From a virus (lineage: Duplodnaviria > Caudoviricetes), in the IMG/VR virus record IMGVR_UViG_3300037424_002137, positions 1 to 36,973 of that record: 36,973 nt of DNA, one strand, 5' to 3'. Shown here one piece after another: positions 26,522-34,890 of the stretch. Both the position numbers and the translations under genes were made by a program. Below the pieces are notes generated by a model. That model was given only the letters and a program-made list of their open reading frames with translations, was not told the origin of the DNA and did no database searches. Position 1 is the stretch's first letter. Every line of letters starts with the position of its first letter.

Positions 26522-27743
26522 CTGGCGACACCGACTGGCAACACATTGTATAAATGTGCTTAAGCGCATCCAGTCCAAATTTCTCTAGATTGTCCATGTC
26601 CGGTACCGATGGCATGATTTCTGCGGCATATGATGCCGCAAGTCGCCTGTTTATCGCCACGACATCGCCCCCGCACGCGACCGAAAGTTTACCGACGATC
26701 ATGCGCCGCAAATTGATTTCCTGTCTACTGGCCGCCGTAGACGCCGCCGTTGGTGCCGTTGGTGGCTGCTTCGACTGTACGGGTGGCGGTTCCGGAGCGT
26801 CGCTAACCGGCATTTGTTTTTTCGGCCTCGATGGCGGCTTGGGGGTTGACGGCTGCGGGATTGGTGCCAGGGCGGAAGCCTGCGCCTGCACCAGCGGTTC
26901 CTCCTGCACCTGAGTTGGGGCCTGTGATGCTTGCTCGGCCATCGTCTCAAGCGTTGACGGCCCCTGGCGGGTGGCGGGCTTGTCGTCAGCAATATGATAA
27001 TCCGTCCACTTCGAATCGCCATCAGCAATCGATTGCCAGATTTCTCGGAGAGAAATAATTTCCTCCGGCGAACAGGTGGCCACCGGGTGACCAAGCTTGC
27101 CTTCCAGCATTTCCGTAGTAACGGAAATGCTGGCGAATGCGGATACGATCCTTGCTTTTGCAGTATCGGGGTCTTTTTTGACCGAGATACTGAGTGTTTC
27201 CTGGACCGCCGACATCGACTCTTCAACGATATCGATCGGCAGCAACTGCAGAATGCAGTTACGCACCAGGATAGCTCCGCGCCGGTTAGTCAGCTCGCGC
27301 AAGTCGCATTCATCCGGTTTTGTCCAGCCTGTTTTTTTGCGATATATGAGCTTGCCGAATGAGTCATCCATAAATACGATATTGTTCGACTCTTTATCCC
27401 ACGCTTTTGCCCGGATCACGCGTGTGCTGTCATCATCTCTGACCACCGAGAAGCCGTACTCTATGTTTTTCCACAACCGTGCCGCCTCCCGTGCCAGGTG
27501 CACGCTCGGCCCGATTACATCCTTGTCGCCGCGCGGGAATTTGTAGCGGGCTTTTTCGGCGAAGGATAGCCTGTTGCAGGATTTTGTCAGTTTTTCAAAA
27601 GCTTCGGTCTCGTCACGAGGAAATTTTTTTGCTATAATTATAGCAGCCTGTACCTCCGCCGTCTCCTTTGCCATTGATGCACTTTGAGCAAGCTCAAAAC
27701 TTTTTTCATGAGTGATCGTTAACGCTGTTTCCTCTGTTCTCAT
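26511..27743 (-). CDS. Putative single-strand annealing/recombination protein of unassigned family
   Basis: Directly downstream of the YqaJ exonuclease; AEVQAA...FPRDE...YKFPRG...GPSVHLARE N-terminal domain, Pro/Ala/Gln linker and small C-terminal domain; AAGGAG RBS. Confidence 0.6.
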   Translation of the reverse strand: MRTEETALTITHEKSFELAQSASMAKETAEVQAAIIIAKKFPRDETEAFEKLTKSCNRLSFAEKARYKFPRGDKDVIGPSVHLAREAARLWKNIEYGFSVVRDDDSTRVIRAKAWDKESNNIVFMDDSFGKLIYRKKTGWTKPDECDLRELTNRRGAILVRNCILQLLPIDIVEESMSAVQETLSISVKKDPDTAKARIVSAFASISVTTEMLEGKLGHPVATCSPEEIISLREIWQSIADGDSKWTDYHIADDKPATRQGPSTLETMAEQASQAPTQVQEEPLVQAQASALAPIPQPSTPKPPSRPKKQMPVSDAPEPPPVQSKQPPTAPTAASTAASRQEINLRRMIVGKLSVACGGDVVAINRRLAASYAAEIMPSVPDMDNLEKFGLDALKHIYTMCCQSVSPDGR

Positions 27744-27746
27744 TTT

Positions 27747-28676
27747 TTACTCCTTTATCGACACATTTAGTCGTCGATATCCTGCCGATAATGTCTGGTA
27801 CTCGGCGTGTATTTCGGGATTTTCGAGGGCGAATCTGTCCTCATCGAACTCTGGCGTTTTGGGCACGGTCATTTTCCAGGTCACCTTTGAGCCGTCGGCG
27901 AAAATAATCCCTTGATTGTCACCTATTTTTTGACGGAGCTGGTTAGCCAGGAGGTTTTTTTGCGCCTCTAGCTCCTTTATTTGCGCCGACAGGAATCTGT
28001 ACTCCCTTGCGATGCACAGCGCTTCGGGCGACCCGACGAGCATCTTTTCACCCTGGCTGGCATACAGCGCCGAGAGCGTTTTCGCACAATCATCCGAGCC
28101 ATCCGGCTCCGGCCACCGGTCTTCCTGCAAATCATTCCAAAATTTGAGACACTCCCCAAGAATGAATTTTTCTACGAGCGGATTCCGGGGCACCTCGTAC
28201 CGCTCGAAATGGTTACCGCCAAAACACGCCACGATAATGGCTGGCAGCTCGTACAGCATCGAATAGAAGTGCACCTGGGCCTTGTACTTCTCTGGTGGAC
28301 CCTCCTTCCAGTGTTTTTCCATAAACCCGTCTACATTTTTGAATTCGACGATCGATACCGGCTCTTTATGCTCTACCTTGAGCCGATCGACCAATCCATA
28401 GAGCATCTCGTGCTCTGGGTGGAATTTTCCTTCGGGCGGGCCATTTATCAGCTCCCAGCCGTATTCCCCTTCACACCAGGCGTGTACACCATGCTCCATA
28501 TAATTTCCGGCACGCATGCGTTCGCTGGACACCTCTGGCCATGGGGTGTACCCCTTCATTTGTGAATATAGCGAAAATTTTGACCCGAATGCGCCATCCA
28601 GGCCAAGAATGATGGCTACCTTGCTGCCGGTAATATACCTTTTGTGACGTTCTAACTGAATTCCGTTCAGACTCAT
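27747..28676 (-). CDS. YqaJ/lambda-exonuclease-family recombination nuclease
   Basis: RYITGSKVAIILG, GNYME, GLVDR, VEFKN and YKAQVHFY (PD-(D/E)xK type). Confidence 0.88.
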   Translation of the reverse strand: MSLNGIQLERHKRYITGSKVAIILGLDGAFGSKFSLYSQMKGYTPWPEVSSERMRAGNYMEHGVHAWCEGEYGWELINGPPEGKFHPEHEMLYGLVDRLKVEHKEPVSIVEFKNVDGFMEKHWKEGPPEKYKAQVHFYSMLYELPAIIVACFGGNHFERYEVPRNPLVEKFILGECLKFWNDLQEDRWPEPDGSDDCAKTLSALYASQGEKMLVGSPEALCIAREYRFLSAQIKELEAQKNLLANQLRQKIGDNQGIIFADGSKVTWKMTVPKTPEFDEDRFALENPEIHAEYQTLSAGYRRLNVSIKE

Positions 28677-28722
28677 GCTAGCTCCCCTTCGGCAGCGAAT
28701 TTAATCCGCTCCGCCGTCATCT

Positions 28723-28980
28723 CTAATTCGTACATGTTTCAATCCCTCCAAATCGGCATATTCCCAGGCTGTTCATAGCCGGCGATAACGATATGCTCCA
28801 TGTGTGTGGAGCTAGTCGCTCCAGGATCAGTGTTTCCGACCTGCCCCTTGCAATAATTTTGACTTTCATTTTTTGATCCTTGATACCACCCATGACGTCG
28901 CTGGTGCAGTGCATTACATCATCCAGCGATGGAAGAGCACGATCAACGGCCTTCTCTGGATCTTTTTTTTTATCATCCAC
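28723..28980 (-). CDS. Hypothetical protein
   Basis: GGAGGG RBS before the GTG start; 85 aa. Confidence 0.5.
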   Translation of the reverse strand: MDDKKKDPEKAVDRALPSLDDVMHCTSDVMGGIKDQKMKVKIIARGRSETLILERLAPHTWSISLSPAMNSLGICRFGGIETCTN

Positions 28981-29028
28981 GAGTTTACCCTCCTGTCAAA
29001 AAGTTTCCACACGCGCAAAAATGACGGT

Positions 29029-29259
29029 CTAAACAATACGAACCGTGCCCCTGACGGAAGCATATTGTAACACCTCCCTTCGCATTTCTTCTTCAATAAG
29101 CGCCGAGTACTTATTGTTTACAACAGAAATTCGGCAAATACATTCTCCGATCGATAATGACCTGTTATCTCTGACTAGGTCCCTCTCGTGCCCGGCACGC
29201 AGGCGCAGGGCCAATACGTGATCTGGCCGTAACTCATTACTTAACCATTCGTGTTTCAT
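29029..29259 (-). CDS. Hypothetical protein
   Basis: AAGGAGGT RBS before ATG 29259 (MKHEWLSNE...). Confidence 0.55.
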   Translation of the reverse strand: MKHEWLSNELRPDHVLALRLRAGHERDLVRDNRSLSIGECICRISVVNNKYSALIEEEMRREVLQYASVRGTVRIV

Positions 29260-29605
29260 TTGCGACCTCCTTTTCTTCAAGCGCCCTTCGGAAGGCACTG
29301 ACCATCTCCTGCGATTGAGAGAAAATAAGTTTGACCGATGCACGAGCCCGTTTATCGACATAGCGTAAATCTTCTGGTAAATTTACCATGTTCACCATGT
29401 TCACGCACGATAAATTACATTGATCGAGATAATCAGTTCCAAACAAAAGGTAGCTGATCGCCGTATATAACGTCTCACCGACAGGCGATGACGCCACAAA
29501 CTCCATTGCGGCGACTACATTCTGCAGCTCAAATAGATTGAGTCTGCTCATGTCCGCCGTTATGTCATCGAATATTTTTATCAGTTTTACGTCATTCTCC
29601 GTCAT
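29237..29605 (-). CDS. Hypothetical protein
   Basis: GAGGAG RBS, TAATG coupling to the upstream ORF; 122 aa. Confidence 0.65.
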   Translation of the reverse strand: MTENDVKLIKIFDDITADMSRLNLFELQNVVAAMEFVASSPVGETLYTAISYLLFGTDYLDQCNLSCVNMVNMVNLPEDLRYVDKRARASVKLIFSQSQEMVSAFRRALEEKEVANETRMVK

Positions 29606-29811
29606 TAATTCTCCTCGTCGCCCTGGCCAGATCTCCGCACGCCAGATCTATTTTTTGCATCCTGCCAGATCTTTGATGCCCCAAGTCCACGCGGGTGGCC
29701 TGTAGCCATCGCTACCGGCGTAGTCTTCCGCCCCAAAACCCCTCGCAGGACGTCGGTAAAGGTTCTGCGAGTTGGAACGCCTTTTTTATTAGCTTCCTTT
29801 AATGCGTCCAT
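29605..29811 (-). CDS. Small basic protein, first gene of the leftward operon
   Basis: GAGGT RBS; Arg/Lys-rich, 68 aa; downstream of the leftward promoter. Confidence 0.6.
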   Translation of the reverse strand: MDALKEANKKGVPTRRTFTDVLRGVLGRKTTPVAMATGHPRGLGASKIWQDAKNRSGVRRSGQGDEEN

Positions 29812-29862
29812 ATTAACCTCACTGATTTATGGTTAGCCTTGAAATAACAGCACTTATTGATA

Positions 29863-29945
29863 ATATTATACCCCTGATAGGCAAAATGCAAGAGAAAAAT
29901 GCAATAAAAAAACGAATTGACATTTTGCCTATCAGGGGTTAGAAT
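29863..29945. promoter_or_regulatory. Back-to-back promoters sharing an 18-bp inverted operator-like repeat
   Basis: CCCCTGATAGGCAAAATG (29871-29888) and CATTTTGCCTATCAGGGG (29921-29938). Rightward TTGACA (29917)-17-TAGAAT (29940); leftward TTGCAT followed by TATAAT/TAATAT. Confidence 0.85.
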
Positions 29946-29950
29946 CAGGC

Positions 29951-30181
29951 ATGGGATCAAAAAAAGTTACCGAATTAGAGAAATACCGGCTAAAAAATGG
30001 TCTGACATTTGAGGCGCTCCGAACATCGTTACGAGTGCACGGTGTTAGAAAATCGCTGAGAACCGTGTATCGCTGGTGTCGAGGCGAAACGTACTCGGAT
30101 TACCGCGAAATTACGCCTCGAGACGGCAGGATTATTGCCGAGATGATCGGCGTAACGATGGACAAACTATATAAGAGTTAG
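29951..30181 (+). CDS. Cro/XRE-like HTH regulator
   Basis: LEKYRLKNGLTFEAL...SLRTVYRWCRG...IAEMIGVTMDKL. Confidence 0.8.
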   Translation: MGSKKVTELEKYRLKNGLTFEALRTSLRVHGVRKSLRTVYRWCRGETYSDYREITPRDGRIIAEMIGVTMDKLYKS

Positions 30182-30381
30182 CGGCAGTTACGCCGGAAGT
30201 TGAACCAAGTCTTGCGCCACTCGATGGCGTGAGGTCATTCTCCTTTAACCATGTGGGCTGGGGTTGCTCGATCCCGGCCCACACCCTGATCCATGCTAGA
30301 TATAATAATAATTTTCTACTCGTTTATATATATATTAATAATTTTTAAAATATACCCTCCCTGGCGGTAGCAGCAAAAAAA

Positions 30382-30409
30382 TTGACTATGAATATATTTT
30401 GGGTATAAT
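30382..30409 (+). promoter_or_regulatory. Promoter for the replication operon
   Basis: TTGACT-16 nt-TATAAT. Confidence 0.6.
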
Positions 30410-30416
30410 GTAGGCA

Positions 30417-30550
30417 CTGTCAGAAAACATCAATATGAATTGAGTTTTAATTTAGAATTTAATAGATATTATAAGCCCAAGCGTATCGAGTACAACTCGA
30501 TTTGTATTGATGCCTGACAGCAATCAAGACGCTTGGGCTTTTTTATTTTT
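30417..30550 (+). ncRNA. c4/CI-like structured leader with terminator (attenuator)
   Basis: 12-bp stem AAGCCCAAGCGT/ACGCTTGGGCTT enclosing two hairpins and followed by a T-tract. Upstream CTGTCAG and CATCAATA are complementary to internal CTGACAG and TATTGATG. Confidence 0.6.
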
Positions 30551-30564
30551 ATAAGGGTAAAAAA

Positions 30565-31494
30565 ATGGCAAAACCACCAGCATTTCAGTTTTATCCGAGT
30601 GACTGGCTTGGAAGCGAAAGAGTCTCCCTGTTAACACTGGAAGAGGAAGGGGCGTATATCAGGCTGCTTTGTTATTGCTGGCAGCACGGCAGTATTCCCA
30701 GTGATCCGCAGAAACTGGCTTTTCTGATCGGGAAGGGTGCTTCAACCACCCTTGCAACCACCCTTGTAACTATGTTTGAACCAGACCATCAGAACGGATC
30801 GAGGTTGGTTCATGCCCGACTAATAGAAGAAAAGGCAAAACAGGATGAGTGGAGGAAAAAGAGTTCAAAGGGAGGTAAAAAATCCGGAGAATCTAGGAAA
30901 AAAGATAAAAAAGATGAACCACCCTTTGAACCACCCTTTGAACCACCCTTTGAACCACCCTTCAACCACCCAATGAACCAAATGGCAACTCTTCAGTCTT
31001 CAGTCTTCAGTCTTCAGTCTTCAGTCTTAAATACAAAAACAAAAACTACTTCTGCACCGAACGAAAAAAAATCGCTCGACGAAACCAAAGCGGCAGACGG
31101 AAAAAAGCCTCCGTCTGCCGCAGTAGAAATTTTGAAACATGAAGGGATTGATTTTGATTTCTCCCTGCAAGACTTCACGGGCATCCATAAAAAAGACGTT
31201 CTCGGCTGGCAAGAGGCATACCCGGCGATTGCTGTTGATGTCGAGACCAAGCGAGCGCGGGAGTGGCTCAGGGCGAACCCAAAAAACCGAAAGAAAAACT
31301 ACCGGCGTTTTCTGACGAACTGGCTTTCGCGTGCCCAGGAGCGCGCCGGGAAAACCGGGGGGGCAAAAAATGACAACGGCGTGATCGCCGACGAAGACAT
31401 TGACGCCGCACTCGATGCCATAATAGCCAGAGACGAAAAAAAGGATAAAGAGTGCCAGGAAAGACTGGCAAGGAGCGGAAAAAATGGAAAATAG
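30565..31494 (+). CDS. Replication initiator, DUF1376/YdaU-like
   Basis: MAKPPAFQFYPSDWL...LEEEGAYIRLLCYCW; internal iterons; C-terminal WQEAYPAI...WLRANPK..KKNYRRFLTNWLSR. Confidence 0.85.
   Translation: MAKPPAFQFYPSDWLGSERVSLLTLEEEGAYIRLLCYCWQHGSIPSDPQKLAFLIGKGASTTLATTLVTMFEPDHQNGSRLVHARLIEEKAKQDEWRKKSSKGGKKSGESRKKDKKDEPPFEPPFEPPFEPPFNHPMNQMATLQSSVFSLQSSVLNTKTKTTSAPNEKKSLDETKAADGKKPPSAAVEILKHEGIDFDFSLQDFTGIHKKDVLGWQEAYPAIAVDVETKRAREWLRANPKNRKKNYRRFLTNWLSRAQERAGKTGGAKNDNGVIADEDIDAALDAIIARDEKKDKECQERLARSGKNGK
30915..31028 (+). repeat. Iteron array, putative replication origin
   Basis: TGAACCACCCTT x4 plus two degenerate copies (30915-30980), then CTTCAGT x5 (30991-31025); related AACCACCCTTG x2 near 30744-30766. 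Confidence 0.8.
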
Positions 31495-32167
31495 CGATAA
31501 CATAAAAGAGTTTTCAGCAAGGTATCTGGACTTTTGGAAGCACTTTAACCCGGGCAGGCCTGTGACAAAAATACTGCTCGATACGGCAAAAAAATACGCC
31601 GCTGACCAGATTATGTTTGGTGTCAGGTACCAGGATTTTGATCGCATGTGCCGGGAACTGGAACACGATATGTCCGAGCTGCCATACAGCTTCAACCTGG
31701 TCGCATACGTGTGCGATTGGGTCAGACAGGAGAGGGTGGAGAGGATATTAGAGGAGGAAAACCGTATGCGCCAACCTATTGCCCTGCCAGTAAAAGGTAC
31801 TCCTATTGTAACCAAAAATTCAGAGATGGACCTGGCTGTGGAAAAGCTAAAAAGGGCCGGGCTGTATAACTGGATTGGCCTGCTTGAGCGTATCAATGCC
31901 AAGAGGGCATCTGGCGAAGCAGTGGCCGAAACTCAACCGAACTGCTATGCCTGTAGCGATACCGGCTGGGTCGATTTGCATGGCAGCGTTGCGACGTGTG
32001 TCTGCCCGCGTGGGCAGAGGATCAGGGGTCTGGATGGTAGGAGAATTCGCTTGGGTAGGGGGCCTGACGGTGGGACACTGGTTGTTGCCGAAGCCACTCC
32101 TGAGCAATGCCGGGCGGCAGCGGGCGGCAGCGGGGAATATCACAATGCGGCAGTGGTGCCGTTTTAA
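31484..32167 (+). CDS. Replication-associated protein with a CxxC...CxC zinc motif
   Basis: CYACSDTGWV...ATCVC; occupies the helicase-loader position but has no Walker A motif. Confidence 0.6.
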   Translation: MENSDNIKEFSARYLDFWKHFNPGRPVTKILLDTAKKYAADQIMFGVRYQDFDRMCRELEHDMSELPYSFNLVAYVCDWVRQERVERILEEENRMRQPIALPVKGTPIVTKNSEMDLAVEKLKRAGLYNWIGLLERINAKRASGEAVAETQPNCYACSDTGWVDLHGSVATCVCPRGQRIRGLDGRRIRLGRGPDGGTLVVAEATPEQCRAAAGGSGEYHNAAVVPF

Positions 32168-32179
32168 AAAGGGGTGGAT

Positions 32180-33091
32180 ATGATCAAAAAAAATAGCGCA
32201 TGGAAAAAAAAAGGAAACGTATTTGTCCAGTGGGCGGAAAATAACCTCTGGCTCGGGGAGTCGGCTGATGTCGAATTATGTCTTCGAGCATTTTTGGGCC
32301 TGTCGGAGGAGGCAATAAGGACTTTTCATATCGGCTGGAACCCGGATGACTACCTTCGCGAACCATCCGATTGGGGAATGGCCGCTGATGGAGAAAAAAT
32401 CTGGCTGCCGAAGGGGGTTGTCATCCCTTATTTTGATCTCGGCAAATTTGATCAGCTTAGACGGATAGCTGTCAGACGGTACGATGACGCAACATATACC
32501 CTTATTGCCGGGTCTAGTCGTGAGCCAATAATTTTGGGAGAAAATAGAGAGGCGATTGTGGTTGTTGAGCATGATCTTGATGCCATCCTGCTCAACCAGG
32601 AAATTGGGGATATGGCCGGTGTAATGGCTTTGAGTGGGGAACAGATACAGCCAGACAGCCAGGCCGACGCTATCCTGAAGGACGCTCGGTCGATACTTAT
32701 TTCCTTTTGCAAGCCTCCGGGGGACTTCAGCCGATTTCCGCAGTCCAGGCTATGGCTGACAGATGGTGGCGAAAATCTGGCCGAGATGTGGCGCAACGAC
32801 AAAAATTTGATGGAATGGGTCGCCGAGGGGATTGCCATGGCAACCAGCCCGGAACCTGTAGTTACAGCCGGTGACTCTCCGTGGGCCGAAACAGCCAGGA
32901 GAGTCGCTGAATTGGAGCGGCTCATTTTGGCCAGGCTGGATGGTCAAGCAGTGCCTATTGTGGTGTCTAGCACCTGTCTGATACACGATATCGCCGAGTA
33001 TGCCAGGGGGGCGGCAGTACGAATAATCACCGGAGGTGATATTGGAAAATATGATAGAGAAATTTTGCGAACGATGGGGATAGATGTTTAG
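32180..33091 (+). CDS. Primase-like protein with a degenerate TOPRIM domain
   Basis: GLSEEAIRTFHIGWNP, IWLPKGVVIP, IVVVEHDLDAILL; no DxD motif and no zinc finger. Confidence 0.65.
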   Translation: MIKKNSAWKKKGNVFVQWAENNLWLGESADVELCLRAFLGLSEEAIRTFHIGWNPDDYLREPSDWGMAADGEKIWLPKGVVIPYFDLGKFDQLRRIAVRRYDDATYTLIAGSSREPIILGENREAIVVVEHDLDAILLNQEIGDMAGVMALSGEQIQPDSQADAILKDARSILISFCKPPGDFSRFPQSRLWLTDGGENLAEMWRNDKNLMEWVAEGIAMATSPEPVVTAGDSPWAETARRVAELERLILARLDGQAVPIVVSSTCLIHDIAEYARGAAVRIITGGDIGKYDREILRTMGIDV

Positions 33092-33210
33092 GTGCCACTG
33101 TGGATTCACAGGATGATCTTAATTTTAATTGTTACTGCCTACTAAGAATTATTACCTTAGCAATAAAAAACGATTTAAATTTGATAGGATTTTTGAGAAA
33201 TGGGGTTGAT

Positions 33211-33513
33211 ATGAAACCAGTTAGTGAGCTGCAGGGGTTTATGAAATTCATCCAGGCCGTGGAGCGGGGCAAAGAACTTCACCAGGGGCCATTTACCATC
33301 CATGAGCTTTACTCCGCCCTGATGGCTGAGGTTACCGAGTTGGTGGAAGCGTATGAGCTGACTCTATCCGCCATGGCCGATCTCGGCGTTTCGGAATATC
33401 CAATGGCCAGAGTTGCCAGTGAGGCGACCGACGTGGCTGTTGTAGCCTACAGATTTGCCGAATTCTTGCGGCTACTCGATGAGAACAGGGCATCGAGGCT
33501 TGATCCAAGATGA
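33211..33513 (+). CDS. MazG-like all-alpha NTP pyrophosphatase fold protein
   Basis: HELYSALMAEVTELVEA...VASEATDVAVVAYRF (ExxE...ExxD pattern). Confidence 0.6.
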   Translation: MKPVSELQGFMKFIQAVERGKELHQGPFTIHELYSALMAEVTELVEAYELTLSAMADLGVSEYPMARVASEATDVAVVAYRFAEFLRLLDENRASRLDPR

Positions 33514-33950
33514 CAAAGTCTGACAGGAAGCACATCACTTTCACGGTTTTTGGCGTGCCGGTTCCAAAAGCCAGGGCCAGAGTGTCGGCGGCGCTAAAAA
33601 AAAATGGGAGGCGATATACATATACGCCGGAGCGCACGCGGAAAGCGGAATTAGATTTTATTACTCAGGCAGCGATCCATGCGCCAGAAACCCCGTTTTC
33701 CGGGCCAATTACACTAAGTGCTGCATTCCACATGCCTATACCAAAAAGTTGGCCAAAATGGCGTAAGGACGAGGCGATGGAGTATAATATCAGGCCGACT
33801 TGCAAGCCGGATATTGACAACCTGGTTAAGCTAACCATGGATGCGATGAATGGAATTTTTTGGCATGATGATGCACAAATTGTTTCTATATCGGCTACAA
33901 AATGCTATTCAGATGATCCAAGAATCGCAATTTATTTGAAGGAAATTTGA
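33510..33950 (+). CDS. rusA: RusA-family Holliday junction resolvase
   Basis: GVPVPKARAR, YTPERT and KPDIDNLVKLTMDAMNGIFWHDDAQIV. Confidence 0.93.
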   Translation: MTKSDRKHITFTVFGVPVPKARARVSAALKKNGRRYTYTPERTRKAELDFITQAAIHAPETPFSGPITLSAAFHMPIPKSWPKWRKDEAMEYNIRPTCKPDIDNLVKLTMDAMNGIFWHDDAQIVSISATKCYSDDPRIAIYLKEI

Positions 33951-33967
33951 GGAGGCATGGATATAAA

Positions 33968-34276
33968 ATGGATATGAAAAGGTGTAGTAAGTGTGGTGAG
34001 ATGAAGTTGATCGAGTGTTTTTGTAGAAATAAACGCACTAAGGACGGTAGGGCTATCTGGTGCAAAAGCTGCTATACTGAGTACCGCAACAATCCGATTA
34101 TGAGGGCGTACATGAAAGCATATGGCGCGGTATACAGAGAAAAGCCGGGAGCGCGTGAATCACACAGAAAATACGATAATAATTTGTATAAGAATGATCA
34201 AGCGCATCGTGAAAAAAAGAAGTCATATCAGCGAGCATACTCCGCCAGTAGTAAAAAAATAAAGGGCACAATATGA
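33968..34276 (+). CDS. Zinc-finger protein resembling the N-terminus of HNH/EndoVII homing endonucleases, with no nuclease domain
   Basis: KRCSKCGEMK...F...KRTKDG...WCKSC followed by a basic helix and then a stop. Confidence 0.6.
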   Translation: MDMKRCSKCGEMKLIECFCRNKRTKDGRAIWCKSCYTEYRNNPIMRAYMKAYGAVYREKPGARESHRKYDNNLYKNDQAHREKKKSYQRAYSASSKKIKGTI

Positions 34277-34890
34277 AAAAAGCGCGGCCAAATAAGCAGA
34301 TAGAAAAACAGATAGAAAAACAGATAGAAAAACAGATAGAGTATATTCCGATAGCTACACTAAATCCGGCTGAATATAACCCACGCCGGATGACCAAAGA
34401 GCAGGCCGAAAATCTTGAGGCCAGTATCAAAAAATTTGGGCTGGTAGATCCGATTGTTGTTAACCGGCATCCAGAGCGGATAAATATAGTGATCGGCGGG
34501 CACCAGCGTCTGAAGATTGCTAAAAAATTGGGCATTGATCAGGTGCCGGTCGTATACGTCGAGCTAGATGAAGCGCGTGAGCGTGAGCTGAACCTTCGGC
34601 TGAATAAAAATCTCGGCGAATGGGACTTTGATCTGCTGGCGGATTTCGGGCAGGAGCTGCTGGCCGAGGTCGGATTTGAAAAGTTTGAAATAAACCAGAT
34701 TTTTCAAGCCGATGAGAATTCGGCAGAAGACGAGTGGGATATCACCGAGTTTAACCGCGACCCAGTCGCCGAACAAAGTCTGACTATTCATTTCAAAACC
34801 AGGGCCGATGTTGGGGCATTTGCAAAGATGATTGACCAAAAAATTACTGAAAAAACTAAATATATTTGGTATCCAAAAAGAGATGATTAA
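34273..34890 (+). CDS. ParB/Srx-like N-terminal domain protein
   Basis: LNPAEYNPR, SIKKFGLVDPIVVN, VIGGHQRL, LNKNLGEWD; N-terminal 12-bp repeat CAGATAGAAAAA (34297-34340). Confidence 0.88.
   Translation: MKKARPNKQIEKQIEKQIEKQIEYIPIATLNPAEYNPRRMTKEQAENLEASIKKFGLVDPIVVNRHPERINIVIGGHQRLKIAKKLGIDQVPVVYVELDEARERELNLRLNKNLGEWDFDLLADFGQELLAEVGFEKFEINQIFQADENSAEDEWDITEFNRDPVAEQSLTIHFKTRADVGAFAKMIDQKITEKTKYIWYPKRDD

Noticed and set aside
31027-31902. 291-aa minus-strand ORF and other long antisense ORFs (e.g. 13987-14571, 27981-28565)
   Set aside because: They lie entirely opposite well-supported genes and show no recognisable motifs.
33947-34276. Active homing endonuclease
   Set aside because: Only the zinc finger and a basic helix are present; there is no HNH or EndoVII catalytic motif before the stop.
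34273-34890. Plasmid partition system
   Set aside because: There is no ParA or HTH domain; the protein is the short phage ParB N-terminal type linked to modification genes.
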